Origin: Planctomycetota bacterium
GTDB lineage: Bacteria; Planctomycetota; Planctomycetia; JALXBF01
DNA: 64,000 bases
Direction: 5' to 3'
Assembly (NCBI GenBank): GCA_026991575.1
Contig: JALXBF010000016.1
Span: 1 to 64,000, forward strand
Below, in pieces: positions 34,760 through 43,207 of the stretch. Numbering within the stretch: the stretch's first letter is position 1; each line of letters begins with the position of its first letter. A program made the position numbers and the translations under genes. The notes under the pieces are model-generated. The model worked only from the letters and a program-made list of their open reading frames with translations, had not been told where the DNA came from and ran no database searches.

Positions 34760-34925
34760 CCGCGAAGTGCCACAGTGTCCCGCGACAGGGTCGCGAAGAC
34801 TTCCACTCTTCTCGGTTCATCGTTCGCCTCCGGGCTCTCGGTTTCGTTTTCCTAAGCCTTTTGGCACGGAGCCGTTTTTCCAAATCTGTTCAGCGACAAG
34901 CTCCAGGAAGGCGCAGGCCGACGGG
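34760..34925 (+). repeat. left copy of the diverged ~165-bp direct repeat bounding the fusA-rpsJ insert
   Basis: Aligns by eye to 44789-44955; identical 18-mer GCTCTCGGTTTCGTTTTC (34834-34851 and 44863-44880), plus shared GGTTCAT, TGGCACGGAG and CTCCAG blocks. Confidence 0.75.
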
Positions 34926-35215
34926 CCGTCGTAGACGGGGAGGACTTGGCGCACGGCTTGGCCCAACACTGTGTGGCGGTGGGCCTCCGGAGCCCCGGTG
35001 CGCTCCGTTGACCTCGTGGTAAAACCAACGCGCGGAATCAGGGTAGCGAGCCTCGATGCCTCGGTCGCTGCCACAGCACGCGTTGAGCTCGCTTGGCTAC
35101 CCCTTCCTCTCGCCGTGCCAGGAGCCGCTCGACCTCCCGTTCGTCGATCGCCCTCTTGGGGGCGCGCCGTCCAAATTTTTGGACTCGTCCAAAAATGTTT
35201 CGGTTCCGTCCATTT

Positions 35216-36907
35216 TCATGGCACAAGCTCGTAAAAGACCCCTCGTTTCTGGCCGCGCCGAACAAGCTTGCCCTGGTCCACCAGTTTAGCGAGCAGCCGC
35301 TTGGCCTGCGGACTGTTGATCCGGCACAGCTCCGCCGCTTCTCGCCGCGTGATCCGTCCATGAGCGCGCACGTAATCCAGAACCATTTGCTCCATCTGCT
35401 GGCCCTCGAAGCCCTTGACCCGGACGTAGGCCGCCTCCTCTCCCAGTCTGCGATACGTGGAAGCGGAGAGGTGGTACGCCCGACTTCGGCCCGTGCCTCG
35501 CGCCTCAATCAGGCCCGTCTCCACCAGCTGCTCCAGCACGGCCCGGGCTTCGCTTTCGGGCTTCTGAATGACCCTTGCCGTCTCTTGTGTCGTGATCCGG
35601 CGTTCCTGCCAGATGCTGTTGAGCGCCAGCAGTTCATCGAGACTCAAGGGCCGGCCCGCTTGCCCTTCTTCGGCGACGAGGCGGACGAACTTCAGGTTGG
35701 CTTTCCCCCCGTGAAGTACGAGCACGACGTTCTCCGGGCTGCTCCGTTCATAAGAGGGCGCGGGCCGGCCGTTGCGCAATTGCTCCTCGAAGATGATGTC
35801 GATGCCACGGCCCGTGCGCTCGACGACTCCGGCCCGCTTGAAGGCATCGGCCAATTGCGGATTGCGCGGCCGCGGCGGGGCCACCAACAGGTTGTCCAGG
35901 CGGATGCCTTCGGGGAAGCCACCGGGGTTCGAGATCTCGATGCGGTCCTTGTGCCACTGGACGTGCACCGCGCCCAAACGCGTGTAGTCCCGGTGAATCA
36001 AGGCGTTGGCCACCCCTTCCCGGAACGCCCGCTCGGGATAGTCCGGCACTCCAATCCGGATGAGCCCAACGGTGACTTCCTCCTCACGGTTCCGCGCACG
36101 AAATCGGGTGAGCATTTCCTCCATGATCCGCAGGAGCGGCCAGCGGAAGAACTCGTTGGCCCCCACACGCGTCCCCTCCAGCACTTGAAACGCCACCTCG
36201 TGCGTCGGTATGAGCCGCCGCAGAGCCTCTTCTTTGCCAAAGAGCAAGAGGCCCAACACGCGGACCGTCTTTACCTCATGATTGGCCTCTACGGCTCCGA
36301 GCGCTTTGGCCAGCTCCACATCGGGAAGGTCCAGAAGGCTCTGATCGCCCTGGCCGCGGCTCTCGCGAATGAAGCGCCGGAAGCGTTCAAACTCCAGAGG
36401 ATCCAGATCGCTCCAGGAAGCTTCCGGCACCGGGAGCATGGAATAGTCCAACGCGCCGCGATGGGCCAACGCTGCCTGCATCTCGTGGAAGTGGTAGGGC
36501 AAGCATTCGGGTTTTCCCGTGCCCCCAATCGCCCGCCGCTTGTACACGCCGTCGGCTGTCCCTACGGGCACCGTTGCTGGGGGAACTTCAATCACAAGAA
36601 CGGGCTTGCCCTCAAGCATGACCACTTCAGCGCGACAGCTTAGAGACGGGCGTGTCCGATTTGCGATCAAAGCTTGAATCCGTAAACGGTCTATGGTCCG
36701 GCCATGGCGAGGACGGGCGCCTGTCACGCGACCGTCATCCTCAACACCGACGAAGACGTACCCGATTTCGTTCGTCGGGCGGTTGGCCATGCATACGACC
36801 GCTTCGACGAGGTCGTTATCCGACAGTTGCCCCTTCTCCTCCCCTTTGAACTCCCGGGTGAGGCCCTCACCCTGCTCGATCAGCTCACGGAGTCTTTCCG
36901 GCGTCAT
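35216..36907 (-). CDS. AlbA_2 (Schlafen-like) domain + HATPase_c_4 (RecG C-terminal-like) + HTH protein
   Basis: GEGLTREFK, VCMAN..GYVFVGVEDDG, AFREGVANALIHRDY, IEISNPGGF, PRNPQLADAF, ERTGRGI, C-terminal wHTH (GRITRREAAELC). Confidence 0.88.
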   Translation of the reverse strand: MTPERLRELIEQGEGLTREFKGEEKGQLSDNDLVEAVVCMANRPTNEIGYVFVGVEDDGRVTGARPRHGRTIDRLRIQALIANRTRPSLSCRAEVVMLEGKPVLVIEVPPATVPVGTADGVYKRRAIGGTGKPECLPYHFHEMQAALAHRGALDYSMLPVPEASWSDLDPLEFERFRRFIRESRGQGDQSLLDLPDVELAKALGAVEANHEVKTVRVLGLLLFGKEEALRRLIPTHEVAFQVLEGTRVGANEFFRWPLLRIMEEMLTRFRARNREEEVTVGLIRIGVPDYPERAFREGVANALIHRDYTRLGAVHVQWHKDRIEISNPGGFPEGIRLDNLLVAPPRPRNPQLADAFKRAGVVERTGRGIDIIFEEQLRNGRPAPSYERSSPENVVLVLHGGKANLKFVRLVAEEGQAGRPLSLDELLALNSIWQERRITTQETARVIQKPESEARAVLEQLVETGLIEARGTGRSRAYHLSASTYRRLGEEAAYVRVKGFEGQQMEQMVLDYVRAHGRITRREAAELCRINSPQAKRLLAKLVDQGKLVRRGQKRGVFYELVP

Positions 36908-37519
36908 GACGTGCTACTCCCCCACGCTCATCCCGGCCGTCTCCCTCCAGCCCTTCACCGTGTAGCGCCGCCTCGACTGAGTGAGTGTCCCCGCGTGACG
37001 GACTGGCTGGCAGCTGCGGCTGCGGGACAACGGGTTGTGACGCAAAAAGGGCCTGCACAGTCCTCTTCTAACGAAACGTGGAGGCTTTAACACGGACAGA
37101 GTTCGGGTTCATCCCATAGGCGCGCCTGAGCGAAGGCGGTTCTGTTGAATCGAACGCGGCAAAGGGAACGCTGTCAAGGCCAAGACGGCCCTCGGGTGCG
37201 TTTCAGCTTCAGCGCGATGTGGTAGGTCCAATCGTCCCGATCTGCCCCGATTCCATTCGACCGGTCGTCTCGATCGGGCCCGCCGCTCGTTGCGCAGGAG
37301 CCCGGCTGGGGACGAGCCGGGCCGGCAGCCTCTTCGGACGCACGCGATGCAAGGGGCTGGGCGGAGGTCGAGGCGGGGGCGGAGCCGCGAGCCAGGAGCC
37401 TGTTCGGGCGTATGCGATGCAAGAGCTCGGTCGTACCGCGGCTGAGCGATGCGCTTGAGTTTGGCACGACGCCAAGGTCCCGCGGGCTGTGGTTGGGCCT
37501 GGCGTGGTGCCATCGGCCG

Positions 37520-37955
37520 CGTTCCAACGGATCGGTGTTGGCGCAGTCGAAGCGGGAGCCGAACCGATCGGGCACCCTGCTTCAAACGGTCGGGCAGCCC
37601 CCTTCAAACACACGGGCAACCTGTTTCAAACGGACAAGCAGCCTGCTTCAGACGAGCCAGGGGGGGCGCTGCGCCCCCTGGCCGGAGATTGATTGGGTAG
37701 CGCGCGCGGTATCGCCGCATTTTTTCTTTTGGCCTGCCGCCGCGGTCGCAGACCGCGGCGGCAGGGCAGCGCCCTGGCGCCGTGCCGCAGGCACCATCCG
37801 CCCGCGGCACGGCCCAGAAAGGGTCCTCTCGAGCCGCCGCGCTAGCTGATCAACCGTGCCGATCGGAGGCACAAGTCTCCCCGCCTGCTGCAGCAAGCCA
37901 CCCGATCGATCGGCGGCCGAGTCCGTGAGATGCTCCGTCGTGCCGTGCGCGTCAT
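37520..37955 (+). repeat. repeat element copy 1 (uninterrupted)
   Basis: Homologous to 43160-43418 + 44371-44660 (shared ACCGATCGGGCA, GGTCGCAGACCGCGGCGGCAG, CACGGCCCAG, AGCAAGC..CCGATC.ATCGGC blocks). Confidence 0.75.
37570..37657 (+). repeat. tandem array, 4 x 22 bp (consensus GGGCAGCCTGCTTCAAACGGAC)
   Basis: gggcaccctgcttcaaacggtc / gggcagcccccttcaaacacac / gggcaacctgtttcaaacggac / aagcagcctgcttcagacgagc. Confidence 0.85.
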
Positions 37956-37998
37956 TCGCTTACGGCCTGGATTCTTGGGCGTCGAGCGGGCTTGGGGC

Positions 37999-38027
37999 TT
38001 GACGCCGGGCGTGGGCCACGTGACAAT
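37999..38027 (+). promoter_or_regulatory. putative sigma70 promoter of the five-gene cassette
   Basis: TTGACG-17 nt-GACAAT, upstream of GGGAG RBS and ATG 38064. Confidence 0.5.
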
Positions 38028-38063
38028 AAGCTGGGTGACTAGCGAGGGCAGGGAGTAGGTCCG

Positions 38064-39261
38064 ATGCCACCCAGGACAACGCCAGAGCGTTTACCGCAAG
38101 TTGCCCTCTTAGTCGCACGTCTGTCTGTCTGTCTGTCTTTTCCTAGTCCTAGTCTGTTGCGCGGGGTGTAGTTCCGCAGCTAGTCCAGCCGACGAGGAGC
38201 GCCGCGCCACGGCCCGGGCGAGTGCGAATGAGGTCCGTGTGCGTCTGTTAGACTCGGTGGTGAACGAGGCAGCGCTAACTACGGAGTCGGCGGTTACTCT
38301 TCACTTTGTTTTCGTCAACGACGGGCCTGAGCCGGTCGCGGTCCGTTTGGCCGGCGTCAGCTCCGGGTGCTGCATTTCTGCTATAGAGACCAGTCCGGTC
38401 AAGCTGGCCCCGGAACAGGCGCGGCCCTACGCAGTCCGCGTGCGCGTTCCCGCCACGGCCGGAGAAGTGACTGGCTGGTGTCGCTTTGTAGCATCGACTC
38501 TGGCGGAACGGTCCCGCCGTGCCGCTGTTGCGTTGTTAGGCCGCTTCGAGGTTGCTGTTGTCGAACCGGTGGAATTGGTGGCGCTTGGGGCGCAGGGCGG
38601 GTCCAGAATGCTGGCATCCGGGCTCTGCGGTGATGTTGTCGCGTTGGCCGGCGAGCTACGAGTTCGAGGCGTTGTGACGGACGACCTGCCGGAGGAAGCC
38701 TCTGCCTACGATCTCAGAGTTGCTATTCCCGAAACAAAGTTGAAAGTGACGCGTTTCTTGGGACGACGGCGTATCGGGTCGCGCATCATCGAGTACCGCT
38801 GGGAAGTGCATGGCGAGGCCACCCTGCCTCCTGTGCCCGGTCCAACAGAGCCCATGGAAGTGGTGGTGGAGGCCAACGGACGCGACTTGGGGCGCACCTG
38901 GTTTGTCATGAGAGCCAAGTCGTGGTACCGGGTTGATCCTCGGTCGGTGCTCATCAAGTGCGACGGATCCGGGCGGGTACACCGTTTTGCGGTGGAGGTC
39001 CGCGGCGACGGCATTGCGTCGGAGAAACCGCCCGGCATCAGGACGACGGGTAGCGTGCGTGCGTCTGTTGCCGATGCTGAGCGTGGCAGGTGTGTGGTGC
39101 AGGGGACATTCGAGTGCGGGCAGGAGTCTACGGGCTACGCAGAGATTATCTTGCGAGTCGACTGGAGCAAGCAGCGATGTGTTAGAATACCGGTGTTGCA
39201 TCTACGCGTTCAGGGTCATGCGCGACCAGGTGGGGAGGGTGGACCGTCACTGGTCCGGTGA
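38064..39261 (+). pseudogene. Ig-like (DUF1573-like) lipoprotein, frameshifted at (GTCT)5 - possibly phase-OFF
   Basis: ATG 38064 frame stops at 38171. The main ORF frame (track 38239-39261) extends upstream through FLVLVCCAG|C with no ATG/GTG/TTG before a TAG at 38110. Removing one GTCT unit joins them. FVFVNDGPEPV..SSGCC..LAPEQ resembles DUF1573. Confidence 0.65.
38119..38138 (+). repeat. (GTCT)5 simple sequence repeat
   Basis: Five exact GTCT units inside a signal-peptide coding region. Confidence 0.9.
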
Positions 39262-39288
39262 AGCTGTGCCTGAGGAAAGGAGATGGCC

Positions 39289-40347
39289 ATGGTCCCGCGG
39301 GTACCTGCACAGCGCGATTTGAGGGGATGCTCGAGGGGGGTAGCCCTGGTCGAGCTGATGGTGGTCATTGGTGTGTTGCTCGTTTTGGCCTCCCTTCTGT
39401 TTCCGGCAGTGCAGCGGGCACGCGCCACGGTTCGGAGGATGCAGTGTGCTGCCAACCTGCGCGAGCTTGCGCTTGCGACGATACAGTATCACGATGCTAT
39501 GGGGTGCATGCCTCCGGAGACGCTGAGTTGGTGGGTGCAGCTGCGACCAGGTCTTTCTGGTCCCGCACGGGCCAGGCAATACAGTCCCCATACCCATTTG
39601 CTTCCCTGGCTGGGGCTATCTGCACTGTACAATGCGATCAACTTCACGTTGGACGGTTTTTCGGCGTCCCCGTTTCTGCTTGACACGTATGCGTTTCGTG
39701 CGAACCGGACTGTGCTGGAGACTCGTGTTTCTGTGTTTGTGTGTCCGGCTGACGGTGAAGCTGCGGTGGGGCCGTGCTTGTCGTACCGTGGGAACATGGG
39801 TTTACTGGATCCTGCGCCGACACGCCGTGGCTGGCCAGATAGTGGCCACGGGATGTTCCGGCGGCCGCCGGTCAGATTTGGGGAGGTGAGTGACGGGGTG
39901 GCGGTGACTGCCATGTATGCGGAGCGGCTGGTTGGCAGGCCTGCGGGTGTGGTCCGCGAGACTGGGTTACGGCGGGCGATGTTACGAGTGTGGACCGGGT
40001 CGAATGTACCGCGCCGGGCGGACCGTTGGGCGGCTGTCTGTGCCGCGGCGAGTCGTGTGCGGGGGCGGATGGAGAGAGCGGACTGGGGAGCGGGGCGGTA
40101 CTGGCTGCCGTCCACGGGCCGATTTGCGCTGTACAACCACGTACTGCGTCCGAATGCGGCGGTGTACGACTGCTATTTGCAAGACAATTTCGGTGCTTTC
40201 ACGGCACGGAGTGTGCATCCTGGTTCCGTGGTGAACGTTGCTTTTGGGGATGGTCATGTGAGAGCGATTTCGAGCTCGCTGGATCTTAGCATTTGGCGTG
40301 CTCTGGGGACACGAGATGGTGGCGAGCTGGTGGGGGAGGATTTCTGA
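39289..40347 (+). CDS. DUF1559 family prepilin-like protein (divergent)
   Basis: GVALVELMVVIGVLLVLASLLFPAVQRARATVRRMQCAANLREL, FVCPAD, SDG..T.M.AER, YNH.LRPN, HPG..NVAFGDGHV, WRALGTRDGGE. Confidence 0.9.
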   Translation: MVPRVPAQRDLRGCSRGVALVELMVVIGVLLVLASLLFPAVQRARATVRRMQCAANLRELALATIQYHDAMGCMPPETLSWWVQLRPGLSGPARARQYSPHTHLLPWLGLSALYNAINFTLDGFSASPFLLDTYAFRANRTVLETRVSVFVCPADGEAAVGPCLSYRGNMGLLDPAPTRRGWPDSGHGMFRRPPVRFGEVSDGVAVTAMYAERLVGRPAGVVRETGLRRAMLRVWTGSNVPRRADRWAAVCAAASRVRGRMERADWGAGRYWLPSTGRFALYNHVLRPNAAVYDCYLQDNFGAFTARSVHPGSVVNVAFGDGHVRAISSSLDLSIWRALGTRDGGELVGEDF

Positions 40348-40456
40348 CGGGGCGCAGTGTGGCCAGGTCGTTTGCGTTGTAGGTGGCGTTCTATGGGGTG
40401 CGTTGAGCAGGGTAGAAGGGGTTGCTCGGTTGTGGGATTGACGACGAGAGGAGGGG

Positions 40457-40882
40457 TTGCCATGTTGTACGCACGGGTACGTTCTTGGCTTCCGGCGATG
40501 CTGTGCTGGTCTGATGCTGACGGTTGTGGCCGTGTGGCCGTCGTGTGGGCTTGGGGAACCCATCGATGAGTCGGCGTTGCGTGCGCTGCGTGGAGGGGAT
40601 ACGTTCATTGGCCAGGCCGTCGAGACGTGCGATTCAAAGAACGGCTTTGGAGGTGGCTGTGACGTTCCAGGGGCACCGTGCAGCAAGTGCAGTGTCAGCT
40701 CAGGCGGGAAGCTCGTATTCGATGCGGCGGGACAGGGATGGCGGGTCATCGCGCAGTTTGACTGCGGATGGGTGAAAACAGGAACATGCCAGAATAACGT
40801 CTGTATCGCCACAGTTGTGACTCCCACCCCGTGCAAGGATTTGTTGCTGGTAGACCAGCAGCCTATCGATCCCGATCCATAG
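40457..40882 (+). CDS. secreted Cys-rich precursor with double-glycine-like leader motif
   Basis: Hydrophobic signal-like N-terminus, then IDESALRALRGG (GG at 40592-40597) and a 94-aa core with 8 Cys. Start codon uncertain. Confidence 0.7.
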   Translation: MPCCTHGYVLGFRRCCAGLMLTVVAVWPSCGLGEPIDESALRALRGGDTFIGQAVETCDSKNGFGGGCDVPGAPCSKCSVSSGGKLVFDAAGQGWRVIAQFDCGWVKTGTCQNNVCIATVVTPTPCKDLLLVDQQPIDPDP

Positions 40883-40934
40883 GCGTGCGTTGTTGGTAGA
40901 CAGTTGCGGTGTTGGGACGGGGAGGTGTGGGGCC

Positions 40935-42119
40935 ATGGGCGCCCGAGTAGTTTGTGATACGCGCTGGCGTGTGTTGCGCCGGGCTGCGGCGTTGCTTACA
41001 ACGTGCATCGGGTTCGTTACGTGTGCTGGAGCGCAGGAGTCCAGTGTAGCATGGGCCGTTCTGGATCGCGTGGTGGAGGCGTACCGAGACGTTTACGACC
41101 TGCGCTTTGAGTACGATGCGTGGGTCGACTTTGGTCAGGACGGCAGTGTCGAGCAGACGACGACGGGAAGTTTTCTGTTCCGCCTGCGCGAACGGACATA
41201 CCGTTGGGAGCAAAGGCACCAGCGGGAAGACGGTGGTCCAGGGATACATGCTATTCACAGTCTCTTGCGCGGGAGCTACAACCTTTACACCAAGCACGCG
41301 GATGCTGTGCAGGGAACGCTACACCGTGGTTCGCAGAAGAACATCTGGACGTGGGGTGCTGGCGTGATCAGTCCGCTCTTTGACCCTCTGCTAATTGATC
41401 GGAGTCGCTGCGTGGCGTTTCTGCTCGGAGAGGAGCGCGTTGGCTTGCGTAAGTGCGCGCACGTGGTGGTGATCCCAAGGGGCTACGTTACCGAGCAGCG
41501 GTACCACGAGTTAAAGGCGATGGCGGCGCGCGGCGAGGTGCCTGACGATAGGCTCGGGCACAACTACTGGGTCGATACGGCGAGAGGTACAGTGCTCCGG
41601 TACGAGACGGTCGCTCTCGGGTTGGGCCCGGACGGTTCACGCCGTCCGATCACGACGTTTATAACGCGGGCAACGGAAGTGCGACCGTTTCGGCAGGATG
41701 GTGTGGAGATATGGCTTGCTGTGGAGGCTGAGAATGTGTGCATGCCGATGAGGCGAGGGAACGCGGTGGTGGTACCGGGCTACATCGAGCGGATCGTGAT
41801 TGTACCAGACAGTGTGCAGATCAATCCGCGAGCGCCGGACGAGGCGTATGTGATTGAGCCTCCTCCGGGCACACGGTTACAAGAGGAGGGGGATGATACG
41901 CTGGTACGGCCGGATGCGGACGCGCCACCGGCCGAGAGTATAGCGGATCTTGTGCGTGTGACGGATCGGATGATCGAAGAGGCGGATCGGCAGTTGCGGG
42001 AGGAGGGCCTGGCCGTGGTGGCCCCGGGACATGGCGGTGTGTGGCGCTGGGCGGTGCTGGTTGCAGGAGTGGTCCTGATTGTCGTGGGGCTGTGGTTGCG
42101 CAAGGCCAGCGTGGGCTAA
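40935..42119 (+). CDS. secreted, C-terminally membrane-anchored hypothetical protein (possible LolA-like fold)
   Basis: Signal peptide (..FVTCAGA|QE), beta-rich body, VQINP..PDEAYVIEPPPGT, C-terminal TM WRWAVLVAGVVLIVVGLWLRK; GGAGGT RBS. Confidence 0.75.
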   Translation: MGARVVCDTRWRVLRRAAALLTTCIGFVTCAGAQESSVAWAVLDRVVEAYRDVYDLRFEYDAWVDFGQDGSVEQTTTGSFLFRLRERTYRWEQRHQREDGGPGIHAIHSLLRGSYNLYTKHADAVQGTLHRGSQKNIWTWGAGVISPLFDPLLIDRSRCVAFLLGEERVGLRKCAHVVVIPRGYVTEQRYHELKAMAARGEVPDDRLGHNYWVDTARGTVLRYETVALGLGPDGSRRPITTFITRATEVRPFRQDGVEIWLAVEAENVCMPMRRGNAVVVPGYIERIVIVPDSVQINPRAPDEAYVIEPPPGTRLQEEGDDTLVRPDADAPPAESIADLVRVTDRMIEEADRQLREEGLAVVAPGHGGVWRWAVLVAGVVLIVVGLWLRKASVG

Positions 42120-42202
42120 AGTGCTTTGCCAGGTTCTCGTGTGGCAAGGAAGGGGTGGTCGTACGCCGTCGCAACGTCGTGGCGTCGGTCGGAGTCCTGG
42201 GT

Positions 42203-42853
42203 ATGGCTCGACAGCCACGCATAGGCTTGCAGGTTGTGCTGGCTTTGGCGGTAGCAGTCTGTGCGAGGGCCACATGGTGCGAAGGTGCTTTACAGGAGCC
42301 AACACCACGTGAGCAGGTCGCACACTCTACCCAGCCAAGCCGGGTCAATTGCGCGGTGCGTTGTCTGTACATCTTGGGCGCGTGGCTGGGAGAGCACTGG
42401 ACGTTCGAGCAGGTGCTTGCTGCCTTTGACACAGGCCCTGCGGCGGGCGAGGTGTCCGTCGAAGAACTCGTCGAAGCTGCTGGCCGGCTCGGTGTCACAC
42501 TTAGGCCAGCGCGCATGACGGCACGCGAGGCCGCCAGGGTACGCAGCCCGCTTGTGTTGCTCATCCCGCCCCGCGTAGAAGGCAGGCCTGGCCACTTTGT
42601 GGTGGCTCGCCCCGTTGGGGGTAGGCATGACGCATGGCAGGTGCTCGATCCAGACGCTACCCCGATGCTCACCACCCCGCACAGCATTTTCGGCCGAGGC
42701 CAACTGGTCGTGCTGGTGCCGACGCGCCGGGCGGGGGCAGAGCTCGTTGTCGGCACAGTGATTGTCGCGGCAGTTCTTGCGGTTGTGGTCGGTTTCGCGT
42801 ACCGGCGTCAGCGTCGTCGCACGACGGCGACGACTGGACGCTGTGCGGTATAG
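42203..42853 (+). CDS. stand-alone peptidase C39-like protein with signal peptide and C-terminal TM anchor
   Basis: Q-x5-C (QPSRVNCAVRCL, Cys codon 42350), GHFVV, VLDP; C-terminal LVVGTVIVAAVLAVVVGFAYRRQRRR; no ABC domains. Confidence 0.8.
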   Translation: MARQPRIGLQVVLALAVAVCARATWCEGALQEPTPREQVAHSTQPSRVNCAVRCLYILGAWLGEHWTFEQVLAAFDTGPAAGEVSVEELVEAAGRLGVTLRPARMTAREAARVRSPLVLLIPPRVEGRPGHFVVARPVGGRHDAWQVLDPDATPMLTTPHSIFGRGQLVVLVPTRRAGAELVVGTVIVAAVLAVVVGFAYRRQRRRTTATTGRCAV

Positions 42854-43207
42854 TCGGCGCTTGCCCGGCGTGCCGAACGGCAGGACCCGGGGCCGGACGC
42901 AAGGTGGCCTGGGGTTGGCATCAGTGCAACCGTGGCTGGGCCGCTGTCTTGTTCCTCGTCGCTGCCCTACGGCGCGCTTATGGCGGGCAGTTTTCCCTGG
43001 GACCAACGGGAGTCCATCCCACGCTGTGGCGGGTCAAGAACCGGGTAACTGCAATGGCTGAATCGCTTCCGGTTGGGCCGGAGCGTTTCATCCTTTTGCG
43101 CCGGGACCGGCGGGCCGGGCCGGCCGTTTGGCGTCGCGTTGAGCGAGCGGGTGAGTAGGTTTCCGGCGTGGTGTTGGGGAGCAGGCGAACCGGGAACCGG
43201 ACCGATC

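Noticed and set aside
35093..36643. 516-aa plus-strand ORF
   Set aside because: Antisense shadow of the AlbA_2/HATPase gene with no motifs.
36914..36975. Possible 3' remnant of an upstream minus-strand gene (..RRYTVKGWRETAGMSVGE-stop)
   Set aside because: Too short to assign; could be chance.
37109..37585. Minus-strand ORFs of 133-158 aa
   Set aside because: They overlap the repeat element, have low-complexity translations and show no family motif.
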